IMG/VR virus record: IMGVR_UViG_2706796753_000001
Location: 64,001 to 128,000 of that record
DNA length: 64,000 nucleotides
Direction: 5' to 3' (one strand)
DNA from: a virus
Lineage: Duplodnaviria; Caudoviricetes
In this document: piece by piece, positions 28,050-36,983 of the stretch
Numbering within the stretch: the stretch's first letter is position 1
How the letters are laid out: each line of letters opens with the position of its first letter
Notes under the pieces: model-generated
Databases searched by the model: none
What the model was told of the DNA's origin: nothing
What the model saw: the letters and a program-made list of their open reading frames with translations, nothing else
Position numbers and translations under genes: made by a program

Positions 28050-28254
28050 AGAGCTACCTGTAGTAGATAAAGAGATTGCTAAAGCTGTCATTGATTTTGA
28101 TGGAGCTGTAGTGAGAAGTGTACATAATGTATGGTCTAACGGAACAGTAGTCCGCAGATACCAAGGGCAAGATAAACATTGGACAAACAACAATCCTAGT
28201 AAGGGTTATAAAAAAATGAAAGTAATCGTAGTAGATTGCTTGGAGGAGGAATAA
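28039..28254 (+). CDS. Hypothetical protein
   Basis: GGAGGAG RBS before ATG 28039. Confidence 0.7.
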   Translation: MPSKELPVVDKEIAKAVIDFDGAVVRSVHNVWSNGTVVRRYQGQDKHWTNNNPSKGYKKMKVIVVDCLEEE

Positions 28255-28255
28255 C

Positions 28256-28684
28256 ATGTATTCATGGAACAATGAATCATTTGAGTTTGAAGGCTTGGTA
28301 GGTAAAACATTAACAAAGATTGACGATAGTCGCGGAGACGAATTGGTATTTTATGATACCGATGGCGAAATCTACGTGATGTACCATCAGCAGGACTGCT
28401 GCGAGTCGGTTTACATAGAAGATATTAATGGTGACCTAGAAGACTTACTACATAGCCCGATTTTAATGGCAGAGGAATCAACGAACCATGACGATTTAGA
28501 AGGTGAAGACGACGACTGGGATGACTACGGTACACATACATGGACATTCTATAAAATCGCTACAATCAAGGGAACAGTAACATTACGCTGGTTAGGTACA
28601 TCTAATGGCTACTATTCAGAGTCTGTAAGCTTTGTTCATGTAACAGATGCGGAGGATAAGCGTAGTTACCAAGAAAACAATTAA
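28256..28684 (+). CDS. Conserved phage hypothetical protein (HxQDCCE family)
   Basis: [20 protein letters not shown]...TWTFY...SNGYYSE. Confidence 0.8.
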   Translation: MYSWNNESFEFEGLVGKTLTKIDDSRGDELVFYDTDGEIYVMYHQQDCCESVYIEDINGDLEDLLHSPILMAEESTNHDDLEGEDDDWDDYGTHTWTFYKIATIKGTVTLRWLGTSNGYYSESVSFVHVTDAEDKRSYQENN

Positions 28685-28702
28685 AAAGGAGACAAGCTAT
28701 AT

Positions 28703-29827
28703 ATGTTCAATAAAACAACACAAGAAAAGCCATTTCGTTTATACAATGAAATGCATCCTAATAGAGCAACACGTTTATTCGGAGGACGAGCTAGTGGTAT
28801 CCGCAACTGGGACGACCAATTAGTAGATATCTGGCTCGATTTCCAGAAAGCTTTATTCGCCGAGTATTGGATTCCGGAGGAAGTTAGAATGGGGAAAGAC
28901 ATCGAGCAATATGCACTAGAGATGTCCCGTGAAGAACGCATTACGTATGAGCGTGTTTCTGGGGCGCTGAACTGGCTTGATTCTATGGCTAGTGATATTG
29001 TAACCCTATTGTTCATGACGACATCTGACCCCGCTCTACGCTCTGTTTTAACGTTAATTGCCTCATTCGAGACAACACATAACGTATCGTACGAGCACAT
29101 GACATCATCTGTAATCGGATTTGAGGAAAAACAAAAACACTTTGCTAAGGTACGAGAGCTGCCGCTATTAGCAAAACGCAACAAACATATCCTAGTAGAC
29201 TTGGAAAATATGACAGACGTACTAGTGAAATATTTAAAGCGTAAAATCGAGCTAGGCGTATCTGATTTAGAGATGACACAAGAGGAAATCCAAACCATCT
29301 TTAAAGGCTTAGTAGCCTATCAGATTCTAGAAGGGTTATATTTCTCTGGAGGATTCGTATATTTCCACTCTCTAGCACGTGATAACAAAATGATTGAATC
29401 GAATAGTATGATTAATCTTATCAAGGCGGATGAGAACCAACACTCTGAAATCTTCGGTATGATTATCAAAGTACTTGTTACAGAGAATCCATTCTTAAAT
29501 ACAAAAGAGAATATGGATTGGGTAATGGGATACATTCGTGAGTCAGTGCAATTAGAGAAGGAATGGACAGCTTGGTTGTACGAAGATATCGACACACTAT
29601 CAGTCCCAGAGTATCATGAATATGTGGAGTATCTAGCAAACTTAATTTGCCGCAATGCAGGTTTCCAAGAGCCGTACCCAGATAACCATGAACTAAAAGC
29701 GAAATGGATTGTTACATACGGAAGTAAATCGTCAGGAAACAATGCTATTGGAGTTAAAGCGGACTTCTTACAAACGAACGTAATCAACTACCAACATACG
29801 GATGGTAACGATGACTTCGACTTATAA
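28703..29827 (+). CDS. nrdB: Class I ribonucleotide reductase beta subunit
   Basis: YWIPEEV, LDS, ETTHNVSY (radical Tyr), LEGLYFSGGF, DENQH metal ligands. Confidence 0.94.
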   Translation: MFNKTTQEKPFRLYNEMHPNRATRLFGGRASGIRNWDDQLVDIWLDFQKALFAEYWIPEEVRMGKDIEQYALEMSREERITYERVSGALNWLDSMASDIVTLLFMTTSDPALRSVLTLIASFETTHNVSYEHMTSSVIGFEEKQKHFAKVRELPLLAKRNKHILVDLENMTDVLVKYLKRKIELGVSDLEMTQEEIQTIFKGLVAYQILEGLYFSGGFVYFHSLARDNKMIESNSMINLIKADENQHSEIFGMIIKVLVTENPFLNTKENMDWVMGYIRESVQLEKEWTAWLYEDIDTLSVPEYHEYVEYLANLICRNAGFQEPYPDNHELKAKWIVTYGSKSSGNNAIGVKADFLQTNVINYQHTDGNDDFDL

Positions 29828-30263
29828 AAGCGCAGCGTTGTTTGTATATTCTAGGAAAGGGAATACCATTGGTATTCTCAACAACCTAGACGAGACGGAT
29901 GTTACGTACATACATAGATGGACAAAAGACTTAACTCCAGAAGAAGTACAGAAGTCGTTTGATAATAGTGAAGTGATTCTATTAGGCTTACCTACATATT
30001 ATCCTACTTATCAGACAGAACCAGAGTTTCCTAAATATTTAAAAGATTTTGAAGAAACTATCTTGACACTTAAAGGAAAATCTATTATACTATTTGGTAG
30101 TGGTAGAAGTGAATACGCGTTGTTCTGCGGGGTTCTCGACTATATGTATGAGAAGTTATCTTATCAAAATACAGTTCATATGTTTAAATTCGAAGGATAT
30201 CCTAAACAAGAACAAATCGATTCATTCGAACTACTAGTAAGAGACGTTCTAGAAGGGAGATAG
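29802..30263 (+). CDS. Flavodoxin (NrdI-like partner of RNR)
   Basis: YSRKGNT, GLPTY, LFGSG...FCG FMN-binding motifs; directly follows nrdB. Confidence 0.82.
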   Translation: MVTMTSTYKSAALFVYSRKGNTIGILNNLDETDVTYIHRWTKDLTPEEVQKSFDNSEVILLGLPTYYPTYQTEPEFPKYLKDFEETILTLKGKSIILFGSGRSEYALFCGVLDYMYEKLSYQNTVHMFKFEGYPKQEQIDSFELLVRDVLEGR

Positions 30264-30267
30264 ATAA

Positions 30268-30732
30268 GTGGACGTTATTGAACATATGACAGAGGCTTTA
30301 ACAGAGCAGATTGTAAGAAAAAAGGATGAAGAAATCCTTAGACATATGGAAGGTATTGACCTAATAAATGAAATGGAGGAGAAAAGTTTGTTAGAATTAT
30401 CAGAGAATGAATCCGTACATATTAATGATATGCTATCAGAAGTTTATGATATTTTATCTAAAGACTACGCTGATATGAACTGGGATGACGCTGTTATCGA
30501 AGAAATACATAATCGCATGCTGTTCATGCTGCAAGAGTTAGCTGGTAAACGTCGTGCTAAACGGGTATCTATGAATCTACAACAAGCCTTAGATATCATT
30601 CACGGTAAAGGTAACTATGAGCTAGAATGTAGACGTGATGGAGACAAGCTTACATACGCATTAGCAGTCAAAAACAAAGTTAGCAAATTTGATGTAAATT
30701 TAGACCAAGAAAAGTTTAAAATCGGAGGATAA
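30268..30732 (+). CDS. Hypothetical protein
   Basis: 154-aa ORF, GTG start after GAAGGGAG. Confidence 0.65.
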   Translation: MDVIEHMTEALTEQIVRKKDEEILRHMEGIDLINEMEEKSLLELSENESVHINDMLSEVYDILSKDYADMNWDDAVIEEIHNRMLFMLQELAGKRRAKRVSMNLQQALDIIHGKGNYELECRRDGDKLTYALAVKNKVSKFDVNLDQEKFKIGG

Positions 30733-30737
30733 TACAT

Positions 30738-31007
30738 ATGAAGAAATTAATTAAAGTAGAACAAACAGGATGCGCTCCGTGTATCGCGGTAGGTAATTAT
30801 TTAAAGGATGAATTAGATGTACCGCATACAGTGGTAAACGTAGGAGACCGTCCAGACGTAGCAGCATTCTACGAACTAGCATCAGTACCTACGACTCTAT
30901 TAATTGAGGTGGAAGACCCAGAAGAGTTAAAAGGTAAAGAGCTGGCTCGTTCAATTAAATTTAACCCATCAGAGCTAGATGAGTTAGCTGCGGCATTAAC
31001 CGAGTAA
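30738..31007 (+). CDS. Thioredoxin-like protein
   Basis: CAPC active site; SVPT cis-Pro motif. Confidence 0.88.
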   Translation: MKKLIKVEQTGCAPCIAVGNYLKDELDVPHTVVNVGDRPDVAAFYELASVPTTLLIEVEDPEELKGKELARSIKFNPSELDELAAALTE

Positions 31008-31207
31008 TGAAGGCTTTACTTAAAGAAGATATTCTCCTCCTCATCGAACATAACTTTGAGGATGGAGATGTAATCTTTGAAGATAGTTGGAAGCTACAAG
31101 AGATGTGGAAACAGTTAGGAGATGACTGGTTCATCGAAGATGGTAGATGGCAGCTAGTTAATGAAAACAAAAGAATGAAACAGGCGAGGGAGGAATGGAG
31201 CGATTGA
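31007..31207 (+). CDS. Hypothetical protein
   Basis: TAATG coupling. Confidence 0.65.
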   Translation: MKALLKEDILLLIEHNFEDGDVIFEDSWKLQEMWKQLGDDWFIEDGRWQLVNENKRMKQAREEWSD

Positions 31208-31617
31208 ATTTCGAGAGTGAATGGCTTACTGCACTTCGAGAGGGACGCGAAACAACACCAATGGGAAATTTCACATTACATAACATAAAAGATGCAGCAA
31301 AAAGAGTTTTTGATACAGATAGGATATTAATAGATGATAACATGGGTGAGATTAATATCCAGTTACCAAGAGAGGTTTATAACAACTTAACCTTTGAGAA
31401 AATTGATAGATTTGAGTATTTATGTAGACCTGCTGGATTTTACTTCTCTTATACTGAATATGAAGCTCTCCAACCTATTCAAATATTAGCGGAATTGAGA
31501 GATGAGAGAGATTGGTTACAAGCTCTAGGGGTTATGGGTGGTTTTGAAGGTGGTAAATTAGTTGCATACAATCACGCTATTGAGTTACTAGAACGATTAG
31601 TAAAGGAGATGATATAA
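31195..31617 (+). CDS. Hypothetical protein
   Basis: GAGGGAGG RBS. Confidence 0.7.
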   Translation: MERLNFESEWLTALREGRETTPMGNFTLHNIKDAAKRVFDTDRILIDDNMGEINIQLPREVYNNLTFEKIDRFEYLCRPAGFYFSYTEYEALQPIQILAELRDERDWLQALGVMGGFEGGKLVAYNHAIELLERLVKEMI

Positions 31618-32072
31618 TGGAATGTAATAATACACATTGTTTATGGAACATGTTCGACCAATGTTGTCACGAGTCAGAAGAAGGTTTTGATATGGCGACC
31701 CCAAACGCCTTAGATTGCCCTTCTTCTCTACGTACTGACTTTCAATATGGAGTCTCTTATACTTTCCATTATGTATGTGATAAGTTCGAAGAGCTAAATA
31801 CAATTGAGCAGCGTAAAGTTCTTAACTTCGTTCTTGAACAAAGACAAGAGAAAGATAACTATACTTGGTATAGATACATAGGAATGACAGCAGCTATGAT
31901 TGATGCTTGTTCTCGACGTAAATTACTAGAGCTTTTAGAGATTAGGAAGTTCATTGATGAAGGAGGATATAAGAATCCTTGGTCTACAGAACTTGCTGAC
32001 CACCCAATTCAAGTACCAGCACTAGTACTTAATGTGTTAAAGGAGAGAGAAGATGGCGAAGCTAAAGTATGA
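31617..32072 (+). CDS. Hypothetical protein with Cys-rich N-terminus
   Basis: CNNTHC...CC...DCPS; AAGGAG RBS. Confidence 0.72.
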   Translation: MECNNTHCLWNMFDQCCHESEEGFDMATPNALDCPSSLRTDFQYGVSYTFHYVCDKFEELNTIEQRKVLNFVLEQRQEKDNYTWYRYIGMTAAMIDACSRRKLLELLEIRKFIDEGGYKNPWSTELADHPIQVPALVLNVLKEREDGEAKV

Positions 32073-32277
32073 AACACACGTGAATGCTGATATCTTTACA
32101 TTGATTTGTACAGAGTATAACGCAGAAGCAGAAATCTCCTTCGATTTAACGACCGTAGAGGTATGTAGCCTTGAAGTTGGTAAGTGTTCGATTGGTAACC
32201 TAGAGAAGTTAGTTAAACTGGCTAAGAAGGAGTTTACAGGAGTCTTAATTGAACAACGTGTCGGAGGTATGATGTAA
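32053..32277 (+). CDS. Hypothetical protein
   Basis: AAGGAG RBS. Confidence 0.68.
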   Translation: MAKLKYETHVNADIFTLICTEYNAEAEISFDLTTVEVCSLEVGKCSIGNLEKLVKLAKKEFTGVLIEQRVGGMM

Positions 32278-32441
32278 TGTATAGTTATGCTGTTACTTAT
32301 TATGATGAAGATTTTAAGGAATTCAACGTAACGCTAGACGCGAAAAACTTAACAATGCTAGAACAAATTGTACATAGAATTCAATACAGTAAAGCCAAGA
32401 AAATTATCATCACTAAAATTAAGTGGCTTGGCTTAAAATAA
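32277..32441 (+). CDS. 54-aa hypothetical protein (not in ORF track)
   Basis: GGAGG RBS, TAATG coupling; ends just before a terminator. Confidence 0.65.
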   Translation: MYSYAVTYYDEDFKEFNVTLDAKNLTMLEQIVHRIQYSKAKKIIITKIKWLGLK

Positions 32442-32445
32442 CACT

Positions 32446-32475
32446 AAGTAGAGGCTCTTTTCGTCTCTACTTTTT
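32446..32475 (+). terminator. Intrinsic terminator
   Basis: aagtagaggc...gtctctactt + T run. Confidence 0.75.
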
Positions 32476-32524
32476 TCTATATGATATAATTAAAGTAGAG
32501 ATAAATAAAGAAAAGAGGTATATA

Positions 32525-33295
32525 ATGGCTAAAAAAATGGCACGAAAACGATTATGTAATATTTATAATAGTGATAGAAGCATTAACGCGAACTTCACAC
32601 TTGTGAAAGATGAGAATGCGGCTATTAAAGTAACCCGTCTTAATGAGGAAGAAGTTGAACAAGCGATGGATAAATTATCTGAACAATCAGAACTCTTTCC
32701 TATTAGAGACGATAAGAGATATATGATTTTCAAACAGAAGTACGGAAACGACACACTGAATAGTAAGATATTCAAGCATGGCGGATACATCCAGTACTAC
32801 AGCGAAGGGAAAGCTCCGATACCCGTAATCAATGCGCTTGCTAAAGTACCTACATCAGAAATTATCTATGCACCTCAGAAAGAATATCCTCGTGATGTAG
32901 TAGAGAACGTCCACCTAGCATCAATGGCTACTAGTGTCGTAGTAGACGTACCTATCGTATTACCTGATATCAACGTGTATGACTATCTATTTGCCTTATA
33001 TCCGCTACGATATCATGTCGATAAAGTTCGAGTATCCTTCCCTCCATTAGAACCAGAAGAGATGACGAAGGAACGTAAGAAGTACTACACGAAACGGAAG
33101 GGTAAATACTACATGAAGCCACAGTATAAATATGAGTGCTTCTGTCACCTTCAAGAGCCGCTATCTACATGGAAAATGAACATCTGGTTAGTATGTGATA
33201 CCGAAAAGGATAAAGACACCGTGAAAGAGCTTGTAGACACGAATAACAGGAAGTTCAAGTATACACATCATGTATCTCTTATGGAGGATGAGTGA
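32525..33295 (+). CDS. Conserved herellevirus hypothetical protein
   Basis: AAGAGG RBS before ATG 32525; syntenic position upstream of the HU-like gene. Confidence 0.75.
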   Translation: MAKKMARKRLCNIYNSDRSINANFTLVKDENAAIKVTRLNEEEVEQAMDKLSEQSELFPIRDDKRYMIFKQKYGNDTLNSKIFKHGGYIQYYSEGKAPIPVINALAKVPTSEIIYAPQKEYPRDVVENVHLASMATSVVVDVPIVLPDINVYDYLFALYPLRYHVDKVRVSFPPLEPEEMTKERKKYYTKRKGKYYMKPQYKYECFCHLQEPLSTWKMNIWLVCDTEKDKDTVKELVDTNNRKFKYTHHVSLMEDE

Positions 33296-33296
33296 T

Positions 33297-33641
33297 ATGT
33301 TAAGTGAAGTGTTAGTTAATCGTACGGAGATGGCGAGAAGGATTGCTATTAACGGTGGATATACACAGAAGGAGATAGAGAAGATACTTAAGCTTCAAGA
33401 AGATGTTATCGAAGAGGCAATGTATCGTGGGGAGACTGTAAAGCATGGGAAACTGTATAAACTATCTCTACATGAGCTCCCTGAGAAAGAGTGTTGGGAT
33501 AACTTTAACGATAGGTATGTTACAAGAAAAGCGGTCTATACGCCTAAGTTCCAGCCTCTTATCCGATTAGAACAAATACGTATACCTGTTAAGGAGGAAA
33601 ATAAGGATGTTCAAGAAGCTACTAGCGAAGATAAAGGATAA
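33297..33641 (+). CDS. HU/IHF-like DNA-binding protein
   Basis: VNRTEMARRIA...GETVKHGKLYKL...TRKAVYTPKFQP matches the DNABII pattern; GGAGG RBS. Confidence 0.82.
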   Translation: MLSEVLVNRTEMARRIAINGGYTQKEIEKILKLQEDVIEEAMYRGETVKHGKLYKLSLHELPEKECWDNFNDRYVTRKAVYTPKFQPLIRLEQIRIPVKEENKDVQEATSEDKG

Positions 33642-33840
33642 GTTAAATCCTAAGGTGAAGAAGAAACAGACATGTGAAGTATTCTGTCCGAAGTGTGGGG
33701 CAGGTTTAATAGAATCAATGAGTCACTTTACATATATTGAAAATGATAGATTAGTTAAATACACTTGCGTAGTATGTGGAACGCGGTCTCACTGGGACTT
33801 TGACACGCCCGTACCTATCTTTATTAGAGAGGAGAAATAA
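33607..33840 (+). CDS. Zinc-ribbon hypothetical protein
   Basis: CPKC...CVVC; AAGGAGG RBS. Confidence 0.75.
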   Translation: MFKKLLAKIKDKLNPKVKKKQTCEVFCPKCGAGLIESMSHFTYIENDRLVKYTCVVCGTRSHWDFDTPVPIFIREEK

Positions 33841-33857
33841 TTCTTCTCTTTTTTTTT
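33826..33857 (+). terminator. Intrinsic terminator
   Basis: agagaggagaa-ataa-ttcttctctt + long T run. Confidence 0.8.
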
Positions 33858-33867
33858 ATTTTAATAG

Positions 33868-33896
33868 TTGACTTAAAGTAAAACGGATGATAAGAT
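33868..33896 (+). promoter_or_regulatory. SigA-type promoter with GACTTAAAGTA motif; copy 1 of a ~60-bp repeat
   Basis: TTGACT-17-TAAGAT with extended TG; near-identical to 61280. Confidence 0.8.
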
Positions 33897-33926
33897 TAAG
33901 ACAAGTTAAAGAAAGGGGAGAAAAAA

Positions 33927-34127
33927 ATGGAACAAGAAAACTTAGAAGGTAAAGAGTTATACTACAGTCTTAACGGAGGTTTTGGAGCGTGGTTGCAAGT
34001 AATAATGCTAGTACGTTGTGGTATGGTAGACTCATTAGAGGATTTAGAAGATAAGGGAATCAAAATGCTAGAAGATATCAACGAGAACATGAAAGAGTTG
34101 GAGGCTGAACTTAATGGAGAAGTTTGA
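33927..34127 (+). CDS. Hypothetical protein
   Basis: AAAGGGGAG RBS. Confidence 0.72.
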   Translation: MEQENLEGKELYYSLNGGFGAWLQVIMLVRCGMVDSLEDLEDKGIKMLEDINENMKELEAELNGEV

Positions 34128-34320
34128 GTATAAATCAATACCATCATCTATTAAACTATTTCAAGATGAGTCAGAGTTAAATAAGTTAGGTGCAGAGGGT
34201 TGGGAATTAGTCATGATGGCTGCTGCTAGGGTTATCTTCAAAAGAAAAATTGAAGTGGATGTAAATATTAAGGTTGATTTATCTGACGACGAGGTGAGTA
34301 AAGATGAGCTCTTACGCTAG
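34114..34320 (+). CDS. Hypothetical protein (DUF4177-like)
   Basis: KFEYK...LNKLGAEGWELV...IFKR. Confidence 0.72.
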   Translation: MEKFEYKSIPSSIKLFQDESELNKLGAEGWELVMMAAARVIFKRKIEVDVNIKVDLSDDEVSKDELLR

Positions 34321-34486
34321 AGATATGGTAGAAGGATACGAGGACATTGCTAGGGGTATAGAAGAGTTTCTGGAAAATGAAGACCTTAGTAAAGCGGATT
34401 TAATAAAGAAATTAGAATCTATTAAAAGAGACTGCTGGTCTAAATATAATGACGGAGCTTATTCATTAGGATGGAGGGATAACTAA
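34304..34486 (+). CDS. Hypothetical protein
   Basis: GAGGTG RBS. Confidence 0.68.
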   Translation: MSSYARDMVEGYEDIARGIEEFLENEDLSKADLIKKLESIKRDCWSKYNDGAYSLGWRDN

Positions 34487-34761
34487 TGAGAAATGCAGGA
34501 AGTAGATTATATGATTATGTAAAAATAGAGAAGGTTTGGAAGGAAGAAGAACAAGAAGGATTCCTGATTATAGGGTACTCTGGAAAAATCGATTTGAAAG
34601 GTGTCAAAAAAGTAATCGGGATGTACGTAGGTAGAAACTTAAACATATATAAGTGCGAGGAGAAACTTACGATAAACTATTATAAATCTATCGAAATTTT
34701 AAAAGATTATTACGAAAACGTTGTGATTGATAGAGCTGGTTGGGACTACATTATAGCTTAG
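34486..34761 (+). CDS. Hypothetical protein
   Basis: GGAGG RBS, TAATG coupling. Confidence 0.7.
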   Translation: MRNAGSRLYDYVKIEKVWKEEEQEGFLIIGYSGKIDLKGVKKVIGMYVGRNLNIYKCEEKLTINYYKSIEILKDYYENVVIDRAGWDYIIA

Positions 34762-34772
34762 GAGGGTATTGA

Positions 34773-34970
34773 ATGTTTACATTATATACATTTACGTACG
34801 GCGCACTTTGCAAGCATGACTTCGATGATGCGAGTACAGCAATCGCCTTTATGATAACAGGTGTAGACGCTGGTGACTTCACACCTGCATCGCTATGGGA
34901 GAGAACCCCAGAGGGTGCTAAAGTTGTGTTTAATAGGCAGGAATTAAGAGATATTTATATTGAAAGCTAA
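34773..34970 (+). CDS. Hypothetical protein
   Basis: AGGAGG RBS. Confidence 0.7.
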   Translation: MFTLYTFTYGALCKHDFDDASTAIAFMITGVDAGDFTPASLWERTPEGAKVVFNRQELRDIYIES

Positions 34971-34984
34971 GGAGGAGAATCAAT

Positions 34985-35428
34985 ATGACATATGAAGATA
35001 TGCAAGCAGAGATTAAGTTCCAAGAGCAGCAGTTGTTACAGATGAAACAAGCAGCAGAGGTTCAACGATTAAAAGAAAAAGGTATGAACTTCGAGAGTAA
35101 AGGTATATGGAAAGTTACTACAGAAGGTGATGAGGAAGGTAGAAGTACTAGAGATTTAGGTATCCATAAAGGAGATATCATTTACATAGCTCAAAAACTA
35201 GCGCAACATGAGTTTTACAAATTAACATTTACTCGTGTAAATCCAAAGGAAGAGGATGTCGAATTACCTAAAAAAGGTGAAGTACACATAACTGTATATG
35301 GTGACGATAACATTGAAGATGAGCACGATTTACTAGCAGCATTGGCAGGTAAAGCTCTTGACGGAGAGAAAGTAGCGTTAGGTCAGTACTATAAGTCTGT
35401 AAAATTTACATGGGGGCTGGATAAATAA
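34985..35428 (+). CDS. Hypothetical protein
   Basis: AAGGAGG RBS; GIWKVTTEGDEEGRSTRDLG motif. Confidence 0.75.
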   Translation: MTYEDMQAEIKFQEQQLLQMKQAAEVQRLKEKGMNFESKGIWKVTTEGDEEGRSTRDLGIHKGDIIYIAQKLAQHEFYKLTFTRVNPKEEDVELPKKGEVHITVYGDDNIEDEHDLLAALAGKALDGEKVALGQYYKSVKFTWGLDK

Positions 35429-35429
35429 T

Positions 35430-35786
35430 ATGGCTATTAAAAGAGAATTGCTAGAAGTGGAAGTTACGTTTAACGAGACGGAGATTTATGCTCAAAGTGC
35501 GAAGGATGCAGTAGAGCATCGGCTGTACAATATCGATGGGGTTCTTGAGTGGGACACGCATATGCTTACATCATTAGATAATGACGACGATACTACAACA
35601 GAGAAGTTCTTGTTATGTGTAGTATATAATACATACGATTTATCAGGAAGTAGTTTAGAAGATGTAATCGATACAGAGTTATATACAGAGGATGGGGTTA
35701 TCGGTTACGCTACGCAGCCGTTAAAAGAAAGCACATTAGATGCTACAATTGCACTGGAGGAAATTAGTTATGGTTCTAGTAATTAA
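35430..35786 (+). CDS. Acidic hypothetical protein with two internal repeats
   Basis: DAVEHRLYNIDGV versus DVIDTELYTEDGV. Confidence 0.72.
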   Translation: MAIKRELLEVEVTFNETEIYAQSAKDAVEHRLYNIDGVLEWDTHMLTSLDNDDDTTTEKFLLCVVYNTYDLSGSSLEDVIDTELYTEDGVIGYATQPLKESTLDATIALEEISYGSSN

Positions 35787-35955
35787 CTTCGGTGAGTATG
35801 AGTTTACAAGATTTAGGGATGCAGTACATACATTAGAAATGGAATACGGGTACGAAGGTGAAGCTTGGGAGATGGTAGTAGCAAGCGAAGACCTAGAAAT
35901 ATTGGGAGACTTTTTAGATATGGAAGGTTTCCACGTAGAAATGGAGGCACAATAA
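35770..35955 (+). CDS. Acidic hypothetical protein
   Basis: GGAGG RBS before ATG 35770. Confidence 0.7.
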   Translation: MVLVINFGEYEFTRFRDAVHTLEMEYGYEGEAWEMVVASEDLEILGDFLDMEGFHVEMEAQ

Positions 35956-35956
35956 A

Positions 35957-36433
35957 ATGATTAAAACATATAGTGGAGTGCACGTACTGGAAGAGTTAAA
36001 CAACCATTGGTTGGTAAAAGAGGATGCTGATGGCGATATCACGTATAATTATAGAATTTTGAATGGTACTCTTTACAAGGCGTTTTACAGACATAATAAG
36101 TGGCACATAGATAAGTCTAATGTAGATTTAAACTACTTCCTATCGGGAGAATTTGAAGTGTCAGATGACCGTGTTAATCTTTCTGACAGATTCGTGGAGT
36201 TTGGTGGTAGTACTATTAGGCTAAAAGAAGTGACGCTAACAGAGATGCTGTCTACTAACGGTCTTGTTTATGGAGAAGGTGAAAAGATAGATGTTATTAA
36301 AAAGCACTATAGTTTTTTACAAAACGGTTTATTCTACTTTGATGACCTATTAAAATCCTTGGGAGAGACTTATACATCCGCCGCATGTAAAAAAGCGCTA
36401 CTAGAAACAAAATGGTTTATGGAGGTAAAATAA
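35957..36433 (+). CDS. Hypothetical protein (probable paralog of 36435..36905)
   Basis: GGAGG RBS; similar N- and C-termini to the next ORF. Confidence 0.75.
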   Translation: MIKTYSGVHVLEELNNHWLVKEDADGDITYNYRILNGTLYKAFYRHNKWHIDKSNVDLNYFLSGEFEVSDDRVNLSDRFVEFGGSTIRLKEVTLTEMLSTNGLVYGEGEKIDVIKKHYSFLQNGLFYFDDLLKSLGETYTSAACKKALLETKWFMEVK

Positions 36434-36434
36434 G

Positions 36435-36905
36435 ATGAGTGAATTCAAAGGAAAAACATTACAAGGTGTAGAAACGATTAAAGAGATGACAAAAGGTACA
36501 TGGGTGTATGATATTAACTATCCGAACGCGGTATTTACGATTTTGGATGATGAGTTAACTAGACTATGGATTCCATCGTTAGATATTCGCTCATTGACAG
36601 GTGAAGATTGTTCGGGCTACCTGTTTACTCAGTTCCTAGAAAAAGAGTACGCTATTTTTGCAGAAGCTGACGGATTTAGAATCAAAGGTGGAAACTTATA
36701 TGTACGCACAAACTGGGAAGGTGTTTTAAAGTCGGAAGGACAACTTATGATTTCTCATCCTAAACTATCTCTAACTAGTATATACGAAGATAGTCTATAC
36801 ACGTTCGCATCTATCCTTGAAATGTTAGGTGATGAATTAGCGTCCCCTACAATTAAAGAGATTTTATCAGAAGCTAAGTGGTACGTAAGAAAAAAAGATG
36901 AGTAG
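36435..36905 (+). CDS. Hypothetical protein (probable paralog of 35957..36433)
   Basis: GGAGG RBS. Confidence 0.75.
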   Translation: MSEFKGKTLQGVETIKEMTKGTWVYDINYPNAVFTILDDELTRLWIPSLDIRSLTGEDCSGYLFTQFLEKEYAIFAEADGFRIKGGNLYVRTNWEGVLKSEGQLMISHPKLSLTSIYEDSLYTFASILEMLGDELASPTIKEILSEAKWYVRKKDE

Positions 36906-36910
36906 AAGTA

Positions 36911-36935
36911 GGAGAGGGGTGACCCTCTCTTTTTT
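36911..36935 (+). terminator. Intrinsic terminator
   Basis: gagaggg...ccctctc hairpin + T6. Confidence 0.78.
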
Positions 36936-36983
36936 GTTGTGGTTTCTAGTAAAATATGATATAATTGAGGAGAAGGAGGAGAT

